Shown here in pieces: positions 57,678-64,000 of a stretch of DNA of 64,000 nucleotides. A program made the translations under genes and the position numbers. Source of the DNA: Macrostomum hystrix. Taxonomy: Eukaryota > Animalia > Platyhelminthes. Position 1 is the stretch's first letter, and each line of letters begins with the position of its first letter. The notes under the pieces are model-generated. The model was not told where the DNA came from and did not search any database. It was given only the letters and a program-made list of their open reading frames with translations. Location of the stretch: positions 6,758,001 to 6,822,000 of the forward strand of contig CATNEN010000007.1 of NCBI GenBank assembly GCA_950097015.1, in the 5' to 3' direction.

Positions 57678-60212
57678 ATGCACCGGAAGCGCAAGTGGGA
57701 GCAGGGCCGGGCCAGCAGGCAGGTGCAGTTCCTCACCGCCGAGGATCGCGAATCCGGCGGCAAGACCTGCTGGGACCAGCTAGAGATTGTCGGCAGCGTG
57801 AAGATCTTCCCGCCAGGCCTGTGCGGCATGACCTACCTGCGCTACCTGTACATGTCGCACAATCGGATTAGCGTCATTCCCAACCAGATTTGCCAGTTGA
57901 AAAGTCTGGTCCACCTAGACCTGTCCTTCAACCTGATCAAGATTCTGCCACAAGAGATTAGCGAACTCACCGAGCTCAAGGAGCTCTACCTGCAGAACAA
58001 CCAGATCCGGGCCCTGCCGATGCAGATCGGCCGCCTGTTTCAGCTAACCACCCTAAACCTGAACCACAACCCACTCAATCAGGACATCTCGCAGCTCTAT
58101 AATACTGAGACTACTCAGAATATGCTCAACTGGTTCCTAGATAGCGAAGGTAACTTTATTGTAATAGCATCATATTTAATGGTTTCGTTTCTACCCAGGA
58201 GTTGCTACCCAGCTCTCCGCTCCGTTGGTTGCCACCTACTTTCTGATCCTCATTGTGAATTTCATTCTGACTCGCGCACCACCCCGCCACTCTTGAAGGA
58301 TTCGCCATGCCGCCTCCGCCCAGTCGGAACTGGCGCTACCTGCGCGATCCAAATGACAGCAACGACGGCATCGCCTTCACCCTGATGTGCTACAATGTAC
58401 TGTGCGAGGGTTACGCCACAAAGAAGCAATATCCCTACTGCCCGTCCTGGGCGCTGCAGTGGGAGTACCGGAGGCGCGGCATTATGGACGAGATTCGGGT
58501 CTACCAGGCTGATATTCTCTGTCTGCAGGTAGGGATGGCGCTCTTCTTTGCAGCTTTCCCCAATGTCCTCATGTCCCAATGTCCTCATGTCCCAATGTCC
58601 TCATGTCCCAATGTCCTCATGTCCCAATGTCCTCATGTCCCAATGTCCTCATGTCCCAATGTCCTCATGTCCCAATGTCCTCATGTCCCAATTTCCTCAT
58701 GTCCCAATGTCCTCATGTCCCAATGTCCTCATGTCCCAATGTCCTCATGTCCCAATGTCCTCATGTCCCAATGTCCCAATGTCCTCATGTACTAAAAAAC
58801 AACAATATCCTCGGACATGGTTATCACGTCTCCATAGTAGATAATTCGTGCTATACCAGCTAATAGCAAAGTGTGGCCAAACCCAACCCCGGCGCAGGAG
58901 GTGGAAACTGAGCAGTTTTCGGTCTTCTTCAAACCAGAACTGGCTAAATGCGGCTACGATGGCATCTTCAGTGCAAAGAGCCGCGCCAAGACCATGTCAG
59001 CCAGCGAGAGCAAGTACGTCGACGGTGTAGCCATCTTCTGGAAGAAGGAGCGCTTCAACCTCATCAAGGAGGATGTCATTGAGTTCTCGAGAATGGCAGT
59101 TGAGCGCTACGAGAAGGACTGCAAGGTTGGTGCTCACTCACCCGCTTTCGGTTGCAGATGTGCAGAAACATAATTTGCCTTATTAACTTTACAGGAGAAT
59201 CATGAAATGATCAATCGGGTCATGGTGAAGGATAACATCGCCCTGATGGCCATCTTCGAGGTGAAGGACGAGGCCTCGGCCAAGACGCGCCAGTTGGTCG
59301 TATCAACCGCGCACATTCACTGGGATCCTGAGTACTCTGACGTCAAGCTCATCCAGTCCATCATGCTGCTCTCAGCGTTGTGGAAAAAGATCGAGGAGCA
59401 CATGCTGCAGCAGCGGCCGGACGCCGAGTCGGTTGACGTCACCAGCATGCCGCTGATCATCTGCGGCGACTTCAACTCGCTGCCGGAGTCGGGTGAGTAG
59501 GACTCATGGATGTTCGTTGGCGCATTCTCATGTCTGAGTTAGAGTAGATTTGCCATGAGATGGGTCGCAGTGTTTTGATCAAGGATCAAGACAGGTAGAT
59601 AAGTAGTGTGATTGGGCTATAGGATCAAAGTATTCTGGGAATTGGAACTGGTACGCGGAGTGTCATCACATATGGTCCATTGTTCCAGGTGTATCGCAGG
59701 AAGTCGATGAGACGTTAAGCAATACAGATATAAAATAAATTCCGATCTCGCACTGTGCAGACAGGCAACAATTTTCTAATTGTCTCAAACACTCCGTCTG
59801 TCCCGCAGGTGTGTTTGAGTACCTGGCAACTGGCAAGATCAACAAGTCGCACCCGGACTTCAAGGAGCTCGGGTACGAGAACATTCTGGACAAGCTGACT
59901 CCGCACAGGTCTCAGCACCACACGGATCTGCTTGAGCACGATCTCAATCTGGTCCGCTGCTACGACCAGGAGGTCGGAATGCGCTACACCAACTACACCT
60001 ACGACTTCCGCGGCGTCATCGACTACATATTCTACACTGGCGCGCATTTCAACAACATCGGCTGCCTGGACATGATCCCGGAGGCCTGGTTTGTTGAGCA
60101 CAGCATCCTGGGCTGCCCGCATCCGCACATCTCGTCCGATCATTTCTCGCTGCTAGTTGAGCTGGAACTGCGGCCTGAGCAGCCGCAGCGGCCGGGTCTG
60201 GTTAGGAAATGA
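57678..60212 (+). CDS. CNOT6: CCR4-NOT subunit 6 (CCR4) deadenylase, LRR plus EEP. Exons 57678-58149, 58299-58528, 58898-59125, 59195-59492, 59809-60212
   Basis: N-terminal LRRs; CYNVLC, YPYCPSWAL.WEYR, LQEVE, DGVAIFW, AHIHWDPEYSDVKL, GDFNSLP, IDYIFY, SDHFSL. Splice phases are consistent. Confidence 0.95.
58558..58790. repeat. 16-bp intronic minisatellite (CCCAATGTCCTCATGT)n
   Basis: Tandem copies in CNOT6 intron 2. Confidence 0.95.
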
Positions 60213-60524
60213 CGCCCCGATTGGCCAACGGTCGCATCCGTGAGATAGCTAATCAGTCACTGGGGTCTGGTGGCGCAGGCTCTGGTAGACTCTTATGAAT
60301 GCCAGCACAAAGCTTGGGATTCTCCTGTGTGTTCTTTAGATGGGTCCGGCTTTCGCAGAGTTCTGCTACCGACTTCTTCCCAAATGCATGCTCTCCCATC
60401 TAATGGCCTCAAGATCTTCAGGTTGCGACACCGCCAATGTCAAAATCTTTCAGGTCGGGCCACTGCTAATACCCCAATATCCTCAGGTCAGGCCCCATAT
60501 CACACCAATATTCCAATATCTTCA

Positions 60525-61670
60525 GCTTAGGCTCCCATATTATCCCACCAATATCCCATTATCCTTATGCTAGGCTCCCATATTATCCCACCAATGTCCC
60601 ATTATCCTCTCGTTAGGCTCCCATATTATCCCACCAATATCCCATTATCCTTATGCTAGGCTCCCATATTATCCCACCAATATCCCATTATCCTTATGCT
60701 AGGCTCCCATATTATCCCACCAATATCCCATTATCCTTATGCTAGGCTCCCATATTATCCCACCAATATCCCATTATCCTTATGCTAGGCTCCCATATTA
60801 TCCCACCAATATCCCATTATCCTTATGTTAGGCTCCAATATTATCCTAAAAATATCCCACTATCCTTATGTTACGCTCCCATATTATCCCACCAATATCC
60901 CATTATCCTTCTGTTAGGCTCCCATATTATCCCACCAATGTCCCATTATCCTTATGCTAGGCTCCCATATTATCCCACCAATATCCCATTATCCTTATGC
61001 TAGGCTCCCATATTATCCCACCAATGTCCCATTATCCTTATGCTAGGCTCCCATATTATCCCACCAATATCCCAATATCCTTATGTTAGGCTCCAATATT
61101 ATCCTAAAAATATCCCACTATCCTTATGTTAGGCTCCCATATTATCCCACCTATATCCCATTATCCTTCTGTTAGGCTCCCATATTATCCCACCAATGTC
61201 CCACATCCTTATGCTAGGCTCCCATATTATCCCACCAATATCCCATTATCCTTATGCTAGGCTCCCATATTATCCCACCAATATCCCATTATCCTTCTGT
61301 TAGGCTCCCATATTATCCCACCAATGTCCCATTATCCTTATGCTAGGCTCCCATATTATTCCACCAATGTCCCATTATCCTTCTGTTAGGCTCCCATATT
61401 ATCCCACCAATATCCCATTATCCTTATGTTAGGCTCCCATATTATCCAAAAAATATCCCATTATCCTTCTGTTAGGCTCCCATATTATCCCACCAATGTC
61501 CCATATTATCCCACCAATATCCCATTATCCACTCGTTAGGCTCCCATATTATCCCACTAATGTCCCATATTATCCCACCAATATCCCATTATCCACTCGT
61601 TAGGCTCCCATATTATCCCACCAATGTCCCATATTATCCCACTAATGTCCCATATTATCCCACCAATATC
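60525..61670. repeat. 43-bp minisatellite (TAGGCTCCCATATTATCCCACCAATATCCCATTATCCTTATGC)n
   Basis: Tandem copies. Confidence 0.95.
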
Positions 61671-62647
61671 CTCAGTTCATAACTACATGTGTAAAAGCGC
61701 TTCTCTGGGCTATAAATTGCAGTTTCTGTGCTGGTATTCGGTTTCTTAATTCATGCTTTGCTTAGTTGCGGCAACGATTGCGCAACTCTCTGACCTACCT
61801 TCTGTCTTTTGTATGAGTAATTTATAAAAGTCCCATTTTAATTTGCCCCTCACCATTCAAGGCGAAGATTGTTTTGAGAAAAAGCTTGATATCAGTTTCT
61901 CGCTTCGCCCCTATTTCCTTTAAATCATCGCTTCTTTGATAAACCTTCCATTAACTATATTTTATTTCCAATCTTACTCCCGTTTCTGTCCTCTTGTTTT
62001 AGAATGGCGCCTCCGCTACTTAGGCTTTTCGTTCAGTTAATTAAACTTTTAAGGAAAATTTTAGGCCTGGCCCTGCACCTGAGTCTCCCCCCCCGCGCTG
62101 CTTGCAGAGCCAGTCCCGGTCTGCTTATACTTGAGCTCTTTCGCTAAGTGCAGTATTCGCTGTTCGCTTGTTATTGTCATAGAAATCGCCTATTACATTT
62201 AACTGGATTATGATGCGCAAGAAGATTCGCTCTACTCTTTTTCTTCTTTGTGTAGTAGTTCCAAATAATTCAATTTAATTTTACTCTCACCAGTTGCTGT
62301 CATTAGCGCCACCAAAGTGCCACTGAGTCAGCGTTAATTTAATATTTACCTGTGCTTGCGCCTTCTAAACCCGGTTCGTTTTCAGTCGTTCTCGTCAAGC
62401 AAAGGGATTTAGAATTCAGTCACTACACATCTATTCTAGCGTAAAATCTCATCTTTCCTTTGTTCCTCGCTTGAATTCGATCTATCCATGCATAAATCTA
62501 AAATATTAATATGATATTTGGCGTGTAGCGCAGCAAGCTACTCATGCTGAGCTTATCTACTTGGACTAACTGTGCGACTTCGTGTCTACTTTTTTCGGGC
62601 TGGCTTTTTAATTGCTTTACTTAGATTTGACTGGATCGAGTGAGGCG

Positions 62648-62900
62648 TGCGACTGGATCAGGTCAGGTGTGACTGGATCAGGTCAGGTGTGACTGCTGGA
62701 TCAGGTCAGGTGTGACTGCTGGATCAGGTCAGGTGTGACTGCTGGATCAGGTCAGGTGTGACTGCTGGATCAGGTCAGGTGTGACTGCTGGATCAGGTCA
62801 GGTGTGACTGCTGGATCAGGTCAGGTGGGACTGTTGGATCAGGTCAGGTGTGACTGCTGGATCAGGTCAGGTGTGACTGCTGGATCAGGTCAGGTGTGAC
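62648..62900. repeat. 23-bp minisatellite (GACTGCTGGATCAGGTCAGGTGT)n
   Basis: Tandem copies. Confidence 0.95.
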
Positions 62901-62928
62901 ATGTCATGAAATCACTCCTCATTTTCAG

Positions 62929-63529
62929 GACCAGACTCTCGACGACGATCTGGTGCCGGCGCCACTGCTGACGACGCCCCGGCAGTCCGAAGATCTGGCC
63001 GACGGCGGCCTGCCGGGCTCACGACGACCAGCCACTGGCGGCCCTGCTGCGACGACGACTGCCGCTGCTGTGGCAACTAATTGGCTGGCCAACAATGATC
63101 CGCACTACGTCGGAACTGCCAGCAACAGCGCCGGTGGCGGGGGCGGGGGCAAGATTGCAGCTGCAGCCGCTGCTAGCCCAGGGCGGCTAGCCCAGCGGAA
63201 GAAAGCAGCGCCCTCAGCCGCTGCTGTGCCCGAAGGTGAGCCTGCTTATGATCTCCAATTAGTATTTTCCCCAATTGTTTGTTTATATATTAACGGAATT
63301 TTGCTTTACGATGAATCGTGTTGCAGCGGGTACTCAGGGCTACCAGCAACAGCAGCAGCGGCAGCAGGACATGTCTCAGTTCGTGTACAACATGCGCCAC
63401 CCCTGCCGTGGCTACTGCCTAATTGTCAATAATTACGAATTTGAGCCAAGCACCAAGATGACGGCCCGCAGCGGCACCGCCAGTGATTTGGCTGTCCTGC
63501 GCGAATCATTTCGGCGGCTGCAGTTTCAG
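62929..63529 (+). CDS. Caspase (effector-like), partial. Exons 62929-63235 and 63327-63529. Start not located; the gene continues beyond the window
   Basis: YNMRHPCRGYCLIVNNYEF...RSGTASDLAVLRESFRRLQFQ is the caspase p20 N-terminal signature. Confidence 0.85.
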
Positions 63530-63596
63530 GTAATTAGTTCCAGAGCCAATCAGTGCTGCTGTCAGTTGTATATAAGTAGTCTAATGCCAAGAAGTT

Positions 63597-64000
63597 TGGT
63601 ATCCCGCGCAGCTGCGGGCTCTTCAGCTCTCGATCTGTGCTGATTTGAGCACTCCCTGTCAGCCTGGAGTCTGGTATCCCGCGCAGCTGCCGGCTCTTCA
63701 GCTCTCGATCTGTGCTGATTTGAGCACTCCCTGTCAGCCTGGAGTCTGGTATCCCGCGCAGCTGCCGGCTCTTCAGCTCTCGATCTGTGCTGATTTGAGC
63801 ACTCCCTGTCAGCCTGGAGTCTGGTATCCCGCGCAGCTGCGGGCTCTTCAGCTCTCGATCTGTGCTGATTTGAGCACTCCCTGTCAGCCTGTAGTCTGGT
63901 ATCCCGCGCAGCTGCGGGCTCTTCAGCTCTCGATCTGTGCTGATTTGAGCGCTCCCTGTCAGCCTGGAGTCTGGTATCCCGCGCAGCTGCGGGCTCTTCA
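63597..64000. repeat. 75-bp intronic tandem repeat
   Basis: TGGTATCCCGCGCAGCTGCGGGCTCTTCAGCTCTCGATCTG... with period 75. Confidence 0.95.

Overview
Eukaryotic (animal) genomic DNA with spliceosomal introns and many intronic minisatellites. The style resembles the flatworm Macrostomum lignano, but this is inference only. Bases 1-35.3 kb are a nested transposon block. It holds head-to-tail Helitrons, including a truncated intron-containing Rep gene with STPR and OTU domains, and a decayed Loa-clade LINE with a 15-bp TSD. It also holds a ~17.9-kb Foldback/NOF-type MULE encoding transposase, Ulp1 protease and PHD finger. Three retroelements inserted into this MULE: an intact young Copia, a truncated Gypsy whose Gag carries a cold-shock domain between the CCHC knuckle and the protease, and an intact RTE LINE. 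A hAT fragment ends the block. Bases 35.6-64 kb contain host genes: a Chk2-like FHA kinase, an unidentified minus-strand gene, an Emi1/FBXO5-like gene, a stand-alone TOX4 C-terminal-domain microprotein, CCR4/CNOT6 and the 5' part of a caspase. The best novelty candidates are the CSD-bearing Gypsy Gag, the TOX4-CTD-only protein, the Ub/SUMO-protease cargo of two DNA transposons, and the structured RNA ends of the LINEs.
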